A stretch of 32,156 nucleotides of DNA from a virus (taxonomy: Duplodnaviria; Caudoviricetes), in the IMG/VR virus record IMGVR_UViG_3300030395_000158, positions 1 to 32,156 of that record; one strand, written 5' to 3'. Position 1 is the first letter of the stretch, and each line of letters begins with the position of its first letter. The notes beneath the pieces are model-generated. The model worked only from the letters and a program-made list of their open reading frames with translations. It did no database searches and was not told the DNA's origin. The position numbers and the translations under genes are program-made. Positions 1-8,993 of the stretch are shown one piece after another.

Positions 1-98
1 CACCTAATCCAGCAAGTAGCTCAAGAACATTTTGCGATAAAATGATGGCTGCTAAAAAAGTATATAGAAAAGAAGATATTATTGAGATGGGTAAAAAA
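1..98. repeat. Terminal direct repeat (left copy), circular-assembly overlap
   Basis: Identical to 32058-32155; the portal ORF reads through the junction in frame. Confidence 0.95.
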
Positions 99-368
99 GC
101 TGTAAATCCAGGTTTTGGTAAAGGTGGTTCTGACACTTATTCAATCTGGCTCTACAAAGGCGGTGCGAGATGCAACCATAGGTGGACACGTAAACTGTAT
201 GCAAGAAAAGGCGGTAGAAGTTTAGGCGAAGCAATAAGTACAACGCAAGCTATTAAAAGAGGTTTTAGACCTGAAACAAATGCAAAAAAAGTATCTATTG
301 CACCAAAAAATATGAAGTATGCTGGTTATACTGCTGCATATTGGAATAAAAAAGGATTTGAAAAATGA
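1..368 (+). CDS. C-terminal part of the portal protein (continues from 30629 across the junction)
   Basis: ORF 42..368 corresponds to position 32099, in frame with ATG 30629 (1470 nt upstream); joined protein is about 598 aa. Confidence 0.85.
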   Translation, partial: PNPASSSRTFCDKMMAAKKVYRKEDIIEMGKKAVNPGFGKGGSDTYSIWLYKGGARCNHRWTRKLYARKGGRSLGEAISTTQAIKRGFRPETNAKKVSIAPKNMKYAGYTAAYWNKKGFEK

Positions 369-868
369 GTAAAGCACTATTTGTAACAAGACACGATATT
401 TCAGTTTTTACTGCTGCTAATGGTAATATAGATAATGACAAGCTGTTACCATTTATAAATCAAGCACAGGATATACACATACAAAATTACTTAGGTACTG
501 AGTTATATGTTAAAATACAAAATGAAATAGTTGCTGGTACTTTAGCTAATCCTTACTTAGCGTTGGTAAATGATTATATTAAAAGTATGCTCTTACATTG
601 GAGTATGGTTGAATACTTACCGTATGCTGGTGTTAATATTTCAAATGGTGGTATATATACTAAAAACCCTGAAAATAGCACAGCATTAAGCAAAGAGCAC
701 ATAGACAGCTTAATTGAAAGAAGCAGAACAACAGCACAGTTTTACACTAATAGATTTATAGATTATATGCAAAACAACGCAGCTGGGTTAATACCTGAGT
801 ATTATAGTAATTCTCAAGAAGATATGTACCCAGATGATGTTGCAGATTTTGGAGGATGGGTACTTTAA
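365..868 (+). CDS. Putative head-tail connector/neck protein
   Basis: 167 aa, ATGA overlap with portal stop, helical; position and size fit an adaptor. Confidence 0.55.
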   Translation: MSKALFVTRHDISVFTAANGNIDNDKLLPFINQAQDIHIQNYLGTELYVKIQNEIVAGTLANPYLALVNDYIKSMLLHWSMVEYLPYAGVNISNGGIYTKNPENSTALSKEHIDSLIERSRTTAQFYTNRFIDYMQNNAAGLIPEYYSNSQEDMYPDDVADFGGWVL

Positions 869-877
869 AAATATATT

Positions 878-2131
878 ATGCCAGATAACACAATAAATTG
901 GGGACAAGGTGCGGTAGAAAACACTAATGATTGGGGAAAAGGTAAAACCAATTCTGCTAATAATTGGGGTAAAGTTTATGAAACATCACCTGCTGGAGAT
1001 ACTAATATTGAAGGTGGTTTAGCACTTTCTATAACTTATCCTGCTAGTGCTTTATGTGAAAACGCAAGTAACCCTACACCAACTGTAAGCGGTAATGAAG
1101 GTTCTGGCACATTTAGCTCAACTGCTGGATTAGTGTTTGTTAGTACATCTACAGGAGAAGTAAATATTTCTTCTTCTACTGCTGGAGCAACTTATTTAAT
1201 TACTTACACAGATACCAATGCTGCAACTGCTACTTTTAGTTTAACAATAAATAATTTAGATAATGCTGCCTTTGCTTATTCAGCAAGTAGTTTTGAGCCA
1301 ACAGGCTCAGATCCTACACCAACTATTACAGGATTATCAGGTGGTACATTTAGTTCTACAAGTGGTTTAGTGTTTGTTGATAGTGGAACTAATACAGGAA
1401 GTTCTACTGGTGAAATAGATTTAAGTGCTTCAACAATTGCGAGTTATACAATTACTTATGATACTACTTCAAGCGGTTCAAGTGTTTGTCCAAATACATC
1501 TACTCAAACTGTAGAAATAGCTTTAGCTGGAATTGCTAATAATTACAGTATGAACTTTGATGGTTCCGATGATTACATAGATGCTGGTATGTTAACAGAA
1601 ATGAGTGGAGCAACACAGTTTAGTATTTCAGTTTGGTTTAAGTATGGCTGGGCATCAGGTGCAGTTTTTAAAAGTTTGTTTGGCAATAGAGATGCTTCAA
1701 ACTCTTATAGAGGTATTGGGTTTGAATTTGGTAAAAATCCAATTTCAAAAACTTCATCTTTTTATTTAACATCTTCTACTGGAACTGGAGCTGTAGCTTT
1801 CCCACCAAATACATTTACTTCAAATCAATGGCATCATTTAGTAATTACTTATGATGGCACTACTGCAAAAGGTTATGTAGATAATGGAACAGCTTTAACA
1901 TCATCTTTTTCAGGCGCAACATTTACAGTTACTACAAACTTTAGCATAGGTAAAGATGTAGGTTCTGGCAGTTGTATACCAGCAAATATTGATGAATTTG
2001 CAATCTGGAACACAGCTCTAACATCAACACAAGTATCTGAGATATACAGCGCAACATCAACTAATTTAACTAAAGATTTAACCACAGTATCAGGTAGTAA
2101 CCTAAAATACTGGAATAGAATGGGAGATTAA
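878..2131 (+). CDS. Virion fibre protein: WG-repeat N-terminus, two adhesin-like repeats, one LamG/concanavalin-A-like domain
   Basis: NYSMNFDGSDDYID...FSISVWFK...WHHLVITYDG...IDEFAIWNTALT LamG pattern; duplicated PTPT.SG..GTFSST.GLVFV...STGE unit. Confidence 0.8.
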   Translation: MPDNTINWGQGAVENTNDWGKGKTNSANNWGKVYETSPAGDTNIEGGLALSITYPASALCENASNPTPTVSGNEGSGTFSSTAGLVFVSTSTGEVNISSSTAGATYLITYTDTNAATATFSLTINNLDNAAFAYSASSFEPTGSDPTPTITGLSGGTFSSTSGLVFVDSGTNTGSSTGEIDLSASTIASYTITYDTTSSGSSVCPNTSTQTVEIALAGIANNYSMNFDGSDDYIDAGMLTEMSGATQFSISVWFKYGWASGAVFKSLFGNRDASNSYRGIGFEFGKNPISKTSSFYLTSSTGTGAVAFPPNTFTSNQWHHLVITYDGTTAKGYVDNGTALTSSFSGATFTVTTNFSIGKDVGSGSCIPANIDEFAIWNTALTSTQVSEIYSATSTNLTKDLTTVSGSNLKYWNRMGD

Positions 2132-2133
2132 TT

Positions 2134-4998
2134 ATGAGTAACTACTATAATAGACAATGGCGATTGCCTAACAATGAGAATAAAGACAAGCAGAGCAACT
2201 ATTCTATGGACTTTGATGGCGCAAGTTATATAGATTTGGGAAATTCATCTTTGGGCTTGACTGCTAATACCATTTCTATTTGGTTTAAAACTACATCAAC
2301 AACATCTGGTCAACAATTATTAAGTAAAATGGGTTCTACATATCAGTTTCAATTAAGATTAGAAACTAATGGAACAATAAGTTTGTACTCTTTTCAAGAC
2401 CAATCAACTTTTGCAACTTTACAATCTGCTTCAGGTTATAATGATGGCAATTGGCATAATGTAATAACTACTTTTAATACTACTGATGGGCACAAAATGT
2501 ATGTTGATGGAAATACAACTCCAGTTGACACAGATACAGTAAATAAATCAGCCTTACAATCTTCTTCAGAAAGAATGTTAATTGGTGTCAGAGATTCAAG
2601 CACAGGCGTTATTGACACAGCAAGGTATTTTAATGGCCAAATAGATGGTATATCAATTTACAATTACGCTCTTTCTACAAGCCAAGTAACTACTCTTTAT
2701 GGTTCAAGCTCTAATGGTATAGGTAATCCAATGAGTTTAAGTCCAAAACCTGTTGCATATTACCCGCTCGGTGATCAAGACGCGTTCAATGGTTCATCAT
2801 ATTTGACGCCCAACAGTTCTCTAAAAGATTATGTTTTTGATTATCTTACCACTAATAGTTATATAGATACAAATTTTACTCTACCAGCTTCATATACAAG
2901 TTATAGCTATTCAATATGGTATAAACAATCAAGCTCATTTACAGGTGATAATTATTTGATTGGTAATTGGAATCAAGGCAGTAGCGCAATAGCTGATATG
3001 CGTGTAAGCGTTCGTTTTAACGGAGGAACTAAATTACGTATAATAACAGGTAATGGCACAACAGCTTTTCAATCTCCAGATTTAAATGTTAGCTCTTTGC
3101 TTTTAGATGGTCATTGGCATCATATTGTAGTAACTGTAGTTAGTGGAGAAATTAAATTATATATAGATAAAAATTTAGAAGCTACACATTCTAACTCTAA
3201 TATAGTAACAGGCATAGTAGCTAATAGAAGTTATACTTTAGGTTTTTCAGGCAATACTTCTTATGCTGGATATTTAGATAATTCACAATTAAGCAACTTC
3301 CAAATATTCAACACAGCACTATCAGCAACAGGTTCTAACTCAGTAGAAACTCTTTATAATAATGGTTCTCCACTTACTTCAATGAGTGGCTTTACTTCTT
3401 TACAAGCTTGGTATAAACTCGATGCAAGTGAGGTTTACAATAGTTCAACTACAGAGTGGAGTGTAGATAACAACGCATATCCTTCGACTTTTAAAAGTGC
3501 TTTAAATTTTGATGGAACAGATGATTATATAAGCACAACAGCATTGAGTAATTTTATAACTAACAATGTTTCTATTTCTGCTTGGGTTAATTATTCAACG
3601 CTGCCAAGTGGTTTTGATGGTGCATTTTTGGGAACACAATCTTTTAGTACTGGCTTAGGATTTTATGCAGTTAGCGGTGTAATAAGATTTGCTATTGAAG
3701 GATATAATACAAATTATGTTGCTAATACAGTTACTTTATCAACAAATCAGTGGTATCATTTTTGTGGAACCTGGAATGGTAGCACAATAGAGCTTTTTGT
3801 TAATGGCGTTTCTCAAGGTACTGATTCTTACAGCGGCAGTATTACAACATCAAATCAGTTATTTTTAGGTAGAGTTTTAAATAATAGTTATAATATTAAT
3901 GGAAAACTTTCAAATGTAGCCATATATAACACAGCATTATCTGCTTCAAACGTTGCAACATTGTATAATAATGGAGTACCACAAGCTACTATTTATGGTT
4001 CGCCTGTATCGCATTATAAATTAGATAATACAACTACAGGTATTGAAGATAGTGCTGGAAGTAACGACGGAACTAATAATGGTGCTATTGAGGTTGCAAC
4101 TTATGTTAATACTACTGCTGGCACAAGCTCAGGAATGACACAAGCCAATTTAGTACAAAGTGATTTAAGTTTTACAAGTGGCTACTCTCCTTATGCTTTA
4201 GAGTTTGATGGAACAAATGATTATATAGATTGTGGAACTTCACAATTAGTAGATTTTAGTTCAAGTTTTACTATTTCAGCTTGGGTTTATATAACTTCTA
4301 CTGCTTCTGGTTATGATTGTGTTTATGCTTTTAAAGGGGCTTCAAATGCTTTTGTAATGTTTTTTAATAATGGTTCTGGTTACGCTCCTATTAGTTTTGG
4401 AAGTGCTAATTATCCTACAGATTTATCAATAAAATGCGCTACAAATGTCACTATAAATAAGTGGAATAATATAGTAGTTGTTTATAATGGTAATGGAATA
4501 GCAACGCCAAGTAATTATACATTTTACATTGACAACACTTCACACACTTTAACTAATTCTGCTGGTTTTTCAGATAATGGAAATGTAAATTATATTGGTA
4601 GGTATGCTTCAAGCCATAGTTTTACTGGTTCTCTTTCAAATATATCAATTTGGAACGATGCTTTAACATCTTCACAAGTATCAGAAATTTATAATGAGGG
4701 TGTACCATCTAATCTAAACAACCATAGTGCCTATTCAAACTTAGTAAGCTGGTGGCAGTTAGGAAGTAACAGTTCTTTTAATACTAACTGGACTGTATTA
4801 GATGAAAAGGGAACAAACAATGGAACATCTGGAAATATGACTGAGGATGATATAGTAGACGGTGTTGGAAGTTATGCAAATGGAATAAGTTCAGGAATGG
4901 GTGGAGATGAAGTGACAGGAGATGCACCTTACAGCACAGCAAATTCTCTATCAGTGAATATGGATGTACTTGATAGAACAACAGATACACCAAGTTAA
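2134..4998 (+). CDS. Large virion fibre/receptor-binding protein with four LamG domains
   Basis: Four units beginning F[D]G..[D]YI / FDY...YID, with ISxW, WHH/WHN/WYH/WNN and NxALS/T motifs; S/T/N/G-rich. Confidence 0.85.
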   Translation: MSNYYNRQWRLPNNENKDKQSNYSMDFDGASYIDLGNSSLGLTANTISIWFKTTSTTSGQQLLSKMGSTYQFQLRLETNGTISLYSFQDQSTFATLQSASGYNDGNWHNVITTFNTTDGHKMYVDGNTTPVDTDTVNKSALQSSSERMLIGVRDSSTGVIDTARYFNGQIDGISIYNYALSTSQVTTLYGSSSNGIGNPMSLSPKPVAYYPLGDQDAFNGSSYLTPNSSLKDYVFDYLTTNSYIDTNFTLPASYTSYSYSIWYKQSSSFTGDNYLIGNWNQGSSAIADMRVSVRFNGGTKLRIITGNGTTAFQSPDLNVSSLLLDGHWHHIVVTVVSGEIKLYIDKNLEATHSNSNIVTGIVANRSYTLGFSGNTSYAGYLDNSQLSNFQIFNTALSATGSNSVETLYNNGSPLTSMSGFTSLQAWYKLDASEVYNSSTTEWSVDNNAYPSTFKSALNFDGTDDYISTTALSNFITNNVSISAWVNYSTLPSGFDGAFLGTQSFSTGLGFYAVSGVIRFAIEGYNTNYVANTVTLSTNQWYHFCGTWNGSTIELFVNGVSQGTDSYSGSITTSNQLFLGRVLNNSYNINGKLSNVAIYNTALSASNVATLYNNGVPQATIYGSPVSHYKLDNTTTGIEDSAGSNDGTNNGAIEVATYVNTTAGTSSGMTQANLVQSDLSFTSGYSPYALEFDGTNDYIDCGTSQLVDFSSSFTISAWVYITSTASGYDCVYAFKGASNAFVMFFNNGSGYAPISFGSANYPTDLSIKCATNVTINKWNNIVVVYNGNGIATPSNYTFYIDNTSHTLTNSAGFSDNGNVNYIGRYASSHSFTGSLSNISIWNDALTSSQVSEIYNEGVPSNLNNHSAYSNLVSWWQLGSNSSFNTNWTVLDEKGTNNGTSGNMTEDDIVDGVGSYANGISSGMGGDEVTGDAPYSTANSLSVNMDVLDRTTDTPS

Positions 4999-5017
4999 TA
5001 ATATTAAATAAATAAAA

Positions 5018-5263
5018 ATGAATAATAGAACATATATAATTTGTAATTTATCAGATAGCAACCTTGTCTTGTTTTCACAAGTAAATCAGAGTTCTGCTCA
5101 ATCTGTTAGAAGAAATTTAGCTAATACACAAATGGTTTTAAGTTACCAAGTTGAACCAAGTTTTATAACTGATGGAAGTTTAACACCTTTAGGAACATAT
5201 AATCATAGTGAAATATTAGAGATTTTAGCGGGTAGTGATTGGAGTGAACCAATGCCAGAATAA
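5018..5263 (+). CDS. Hypothetical protein, possible fibre-associated factor
   Basis: 81 aa ORF with A-rich start, directly after the fibre gene. Confidence 0.6.
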   Translation: MNNRTYIICNLSDSNLVLFSQVNQSSAQSVRRNLANTQMVLSYQVEPSFITDGSLTPLGTYNHSEILEILAGSDWSEPMPE

Positions 5264-5592
5264 TGAATTATTTAAAAAGTGTAAGAATGGATGACCACAG
5301 TATATTAATGGCCGTAACTGCTTTAATTTCTGCAATAGGATTAAAAGAAGTTTGGAGTATATGGAAAAAGAAAATGGATATTGGAGTAACTAAATCTGAA
5401 AGAAAATTTAGTGTATATTCACAAAACATAGAAGCACTTACAAATAAAATTACAGAACTTGAAGCAAAAATAGAAGTATTAATTTCTGAGAATACACAAT
5501 TATTAGTTAAGGTTGCAAGAATGGAAGAGAAGCTAATACTTAATGCAAAACGCAGAGTAAAATCTAAAATTAAAAAAGATGAGAAAAGTTAA
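5263..5592 (+). CDS. Putative holin/lysis membrane protein (one TM segment plus coiled coil)
   Basis: Hydrophobic SILMAVTALISAIGL segment, heptad C-terminus, directly upstream of the amidase. Confidence 0.55.
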   Translation: MNYLKSVRMDDHSILMAVTALISAIGLKEVWSIWKKKMDIGVTKSERKFSVYSQNIEALTNKITELEAKIEVLISENTQLLVKVARMEEKLILNAKRRVKSKIKKDEKS

Positions 5593-6100
5593 TAAAATAG
5601 TTATACATTGTACCGCTACAAAAGAAGGTAATAATGTAAGTCCAGCTACTATAAAAAAGTGGCATTTAAATCGTGGTTTTTCAGATATAGGTTATCATTA
5701 TATCATAGGCATCGAAGGTAAAATAAATGCTGGTAGACCAGTATCAAGAGCTGGAGCGCACGTTAAGAACGGTAATAGCACAAGTATTGGAATAGCATAT
5801 ACTGGTGGCTTAGATTCTAACGGTAAAGCAAAAGATACAAGAACAGATGCACAAAAAGCATCATTAATTAAAATACTTAAAGTATTAAAAAACATTTATC
5901 CACAAGCAAGCATTCATGGCCATAGAGATTATTCACCTGACAAAGATGGCGATGGAGTAGAGGAACACGAGTTTATGAAGCAATGCCCGTGCTACAATGC
6001 GGAATTAGAAGCATATGAGCTTGGATTACAACCAAAATCATTCAAACCAAAAACAAAAAAAGTAAAGGATAAATTAAATGGAAAAAAACAATCAAACTAA
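5579..6100 (+). CDS. N-acetylmuramoyl-L-alanine amidase endolysin (Amidase_2, T7 lysozyme-like)
   Basis: IVIHCTAT, DIGYHY, GAHVK..N..SIGI, GHRD and K.CP motifs. Confidence 0.93.
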   Translation: MRKVNKIVIHCTATKEGNNVSPATIKKWHLNRGFSDIGYHYIIGIEGKINAGRPVSRAGAHVKNGNSTSIGIAYTGGLDSNGKAKDTRTDAQKASLIKILKVLKNIYPQASIHGHRDYSPDKDGDGVEEHEFMKQCPCYNAELEAYELGLQPKSFKPKTKKVKDKLNGKKQSN

Positions 6101-6194
6101 TTTAGAAGAATTAATTAAAAAACTGGAGAATGTACCAGTACCAGAAAGAACGTGCAATATAGATGATGAAACTTGCGAGAGCTGTAGTGGATGA
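6078..6194 (+). CDS. 38-aa peptide ending CNIDDETCESCSG (not in the ORF track)
   Basis: Hand translation MEKNNQTNLEELIKKLENVPVPERTCNIDDETCESCSG; fills the gap and its stop overlaps the next ATG (ATGA). Confidence 0.75.
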   Translation: MEKNNQTNLEELIKKLENVPVPERTCNIDDETCESCSG

Positions 6195-6637
6195 AAAAAA
6201 TAAAAGATAGTAAAATAGGAAAGTTTTTAGCTGAAAAAGTACCTCATGTTCTTGATTTGGTTGGTGATGTTTTGCCAGAACAAGGAACACTTGGCATTGT
6301 AAAGAATCTTATTAGTAAAGACCCTGACTTAACACCTGAAGAAAAGCAAGAAATTCATAATAGATTAGTAGAGTTTTACAAGTTAGAAGTAGAAGATAGA
6401 GATTCAGCAAGACAAAGAGAGGTTGAAATGGTTAAAGCTGGTAGTGATGACTGGATGATGAATTTTACAGGTGTTGTTGGTTTAGGTGGTTTTGTTTTGT
6501 TGTTAGTTGCAATAGTGTTTATAGAAGTGCCAGTACACAATAAAGAGTTAATGATTCACACTACAGGAATCGTTGAAGGAATCGTTTTATCAATCGTTGG
6601 ATATTACTTTGGAAGCATAGCTAAAAAAGGCAGATAA
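6191..6637 (+). CDS. Putative holin-like membrane protein
   Basis: EVEDRDSARQRE motif followed by two TM segments ending GYYFGS; in the lysis cluster. Confidence 0.65.
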   Translation: MKKIKDSKIGKFLAEKVPHVLDLVGDVLPEQGTLGIVKNLISKDPDLTPEEKQEIHNRLVEFYKLEVEDRDSARQREVEMVKAGSDDWMMNFTGVVGLGGFVLLLVAIVFIEVPVHNKELMIHTTGIVEGIVLSIVGYYFGSIAKKGR

Positions 6638-6669
6638 ATTTTTTTTATTATATTTAACAAAATTGTTAA

Positions 6670-7734
6670 ATGAAATCACACAAAAAAAGGTGGAAAGATA
6701 AAGGTAATCCACGTTACCGCCTTAACTCAGATGAGGCGCAAATCATTAATGATTACAGAAGATTAAAACTTGAAGCAGAAGCAGAGGGTTTAAATCCTAA
6801 TGATATTCATAGTGGTTGGATAAAGAACAAAAAAGCCAGTTTATATTTTAAGAATCCTAATTTTAAGCAAAACGATTTAAAAGAGTTTAAGCAACAATTA
6901 TTAAAAGAACTTAAAGAATACTCTCCAAACTTTCAAAAGCTCGTTAAACCAAAGGTAAATGACGGTCATTGCTTATTAATATCACCAGCAGATATTCATA
7001 TTGGTAAATTATGTAAATCTTTTGTAAGTGGCGAAGAATATAATAAACAAATAGCAGTACAAAGAACTTTAGAAGCTATTGATGGTATATTACAAAAAAG
7101 TAACGGATTTAATATAGATAAATTAATACTTTGTATAGGTAATGATGTAATGCACATTGATACACCAAGCGGTAATAAAACAACAAAAGGAACTGTTCAA
7201 GATACAGATGGAATGTTTTTTGAGCATTTTCACATTGCAAAACGTTTATATATTAATATTATAGAAACATTAGTTAGTTTTTATCCAGATTTACACGTTG
7301 TTTATAATAGTAGTAATCACGATTATTTAACTGGATTTTGCTTGGCTGATACCATTGCAACTTACTTCAGAAATAGTAAAAACATAACTTTTGATATTAG
7401 TTTACAACATAGAAAATATTATACTTACTATGATAATTTAATTGGTAGTACGCATGGAGATGGTGCTAAATGGGATTTACTACCTTTACTAATGGCTGAT
7501 GAATGTTCTGAATGGAGTAGAACTAAATACAGATATATGTTTACGCACCATATACATCACAAGATAAGTAACAAAGATTTAGTTGGTTGCACGCTTGAAA
7601 GTTTTAGAAGTCCATCACCAGCGGATTCTTGGCATCATAAAATGGGTTATACTTCTTCTAATAACCAAGCAATAGAGGGTTTTATATTCTCTAAACGTAA
7701 TGGCCAAGTAGCCAGAATTACACATTTATTTTAG
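6670..7734 (+). CDS. Calcineurin-like metallophosphoesterase
   Basis: DIH, GND, NHD, HGD and HHIHH metal-binding motifs in canonical order. Confidence 0.8.
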   Translation: MKSHKKRWKDKGNPRYRLNSDEAQIINDYRRLKLEAEAEGLNPNDIHSGWIKNKKASLYFKNPNFKQNDLKEFKQQLLKELKEYSPNFQKLVKPKVNDGHCLLISPADIHIGKLCKSFVSGEEYNKQIAVQRTLEAIDGILQKSNGFNIDKLILCIGNDVMHIDTPSGNKTTKGTVQDTDGMFFEHFHIAKRLYINIIETLVSFYPDLHVVYNSSNHDYLTGFCLADTIATYFRNSKNITFDISLQHRKYYTYYDNLIGSTHGDGAKWDLLPLLMADECSEWSRTKYRYMFTHHIHHKISNKDLVGCTLESFRSPSPADSWHHKMGYTSSNNQAIEGFIFSKRNGQVARITHLF

Positions 7735-7786
7735 AATTAACATTTAATTGTTAATAAAGTTTTTAGTGTGTTTTGTAATTTGTATT

Positions 7787-7808
7787 ATAATTATATATAT
7801 ATTTACAT
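7787..7808 (+). promoter_or_regulatory. Putative early promoter motif, copy 1
   Basis: ATAATTATATATATATTTACAT, 21/22 identical to 17798-17819; contains TATATTTA, a variant of the Bacteroidota -7 element TAnnTTTG. Confidence 0.6.
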
Positions 7809-7831
7809 CATAAACTTAAAAACAAACAATT

Positions 7832-8029
7832 ATGACAACGCAAGATATATTAAATACAAGAAATCATAAAGGTATTATATCTTTAGAAAATGAAGCTGCT
7901 AATTGGTATGCTGTTTCAAGAGATAATATACATATGATTACTTTTTATAATACTGATGAAAATAAGTTTTATAAAAATGAATTATCTTTTGCTAAAAGAG
8001 TTGCACAATTAATTAAAAGAGGATATTAA
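7832..8029 (+). CDS. Hypothetical early protein
   Basis: 65 aa ORF after the promoter, with AAACAAACAATTATG start context. Confidence 0.75.
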   Translation: MTTQDILNTRNHKGIISLENEAANWYAVSRDNIHMITFYNTDENKFYKNELSFAKRVAQLIKRGY

Positions 8030-8055
8030 ACAATATAAACTAAAAACAAATAATT

Positions 8056-8211
8056 ATGAGTAGAGAAATATCATACACAACAAGAACCTTTTACGTACCA
8101 GCAGAGAAAATAGAAACGTTGGTAAAGTTTCAAGGCAAATGCAAAGAGAATGGGCATCGTTCATATTCTGAAGTATTATTAAAATTAATGGAACAATACA
8201 ACGAACAATGA
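8056..8211 (+). CDS. 51-aa putative ribbon-helix-helix DNA-binding protein (not in the ORF track)
   Basis: MSREISYTTRTFYVPAEKIETLVKFQGKCKENGHRSYSEVLLKLMEQYNEQ; beta strand followed by two helices with S.SEV turn; ATGA overlap with next gene. Confidence 0.6.
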   Translation: MSREISYTTRTFYVPAEKIETLVKFQGKCKENGHRSYSEVLLKLMEQYNEQ

Positions 8212-8525
8212 TACACTATCCACATCCTCACAACGAACACTACTACAATGAAAACATTAATCATTGGTGGGCTTATGAAACTAACAGATATTTACAAGAT
8301 AGATTGAGAAACTTAGTTATAAGAGTGAATTGGAACAAGCGTATTATCTGTAGAATACATTTATCAAATAATGATTTAGAAATACATAAACACAGGTTTG
8401 ATACATTTATTAAACAATTAGAAAACATTGAAAAGCAATTAAAAACTATTGCAGTTCAATATAATAAACGAAGAATGAAACAATTAAAAACTATATTTAC
8501 AAAAATTAGAAACTATGAAAATTAA
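8208..8525 (+). CDS. Hypothetical protein
   Basis: 105 aa ORF overlapping both neighbours. Confidence 0.7.
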   Translation: MIHYPHPHNEHYYNENINHWWAYETNRYLQDRLRNLVIRVNWNKRIICRIHLSNNDLEIHKHRFDTFIKQLENIEKQLKTIAVQYNKRRMKQLKTIFTKIRNYEN

Positions 8526-8889
8526 AGAATTAGCACAAAAATATGATTTATCAAAAGATGACTTTTGGGAATTAAAAAGAGGTACAAAAAGTATGTGGAT
8601 AATAACTCACGATGCTTGCGAAAAGATAGCAGCAAAAGAAAATATACAATTTGGCGCACCAACTATATACAGAGATAGCAACCAAGATGTTGCAATAGTA
8701 GGAGATGCAAAACGTGGAAACAAAGTTATTTGGAGTACAGGCGAAGCATCACCAAAAAATTGTAAAGCTCCATATATGTTTGCAATGGCTGAGAAACGTT
8801 TAAAAGATAGATTGATACTAAAATTAATTAATGCTTATGAGTATGGTATCTACTCAGATTCTGAAGCAGATAACTTTAAAAAACAATGA
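8515..8889 (+). CDS. Putative single-strand annealing protein (Rad52/Sak-like)
   Basis: GEASPKN...AMAEKR..DR.ILKL...GIYS..EAD pattern; next to exonuclease and SSB-like genes. Confidence 0.5.
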   Translation: MKIKELAQKYDLSKDDFWELKRGTKSMWIITHDACEKIAAKENIQFGAPTIYRDSNQDVAIVGDAKRGNKVIWSTGEASPKNCKAPYMFAMAEKRLKDRLILKLINAYEYGIYSDSEADNFKKQ

Positions 8890-8978
8890 TAGAAACAAAT
8901 ATTTTAGAAGTAATACAAGTGGTCTTGCTTTGCTTCACATTAGGATTAGTAATTGGAACAATAATTAAAAAGAAATAA
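8886..8978 (+). CDS. 30-aa membrane peptide (not in the ORF track)
   Basis: MIETNILEVIQVVLLCFTLGLVIGTIIKKK; ATGA overlap with upstream gene. Confidence 0.6.
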   Translation: MIETNILEVIQVVLLCFTLGLVIGTIIKKK

Positions 8979-8993
8979 ATTAAATTATATATT

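Noticed and set aside
42-368. Stand-alone 108-aa gene
   Set aside because: It is the in-frame C-terminus of the portal gene across the circular junction
878-4998. Diversity-generating retroelement acting on the fibre genes
   Set aside because: No reverse transcriptase and no ~100-bp template/variable repeat pair differing only at adenines
7240-7250. Third copy of AAACGTTTATA
   Set aside because: Lies inside a coding region and lacks the upstream ATATAAC at the 13-nt spacing
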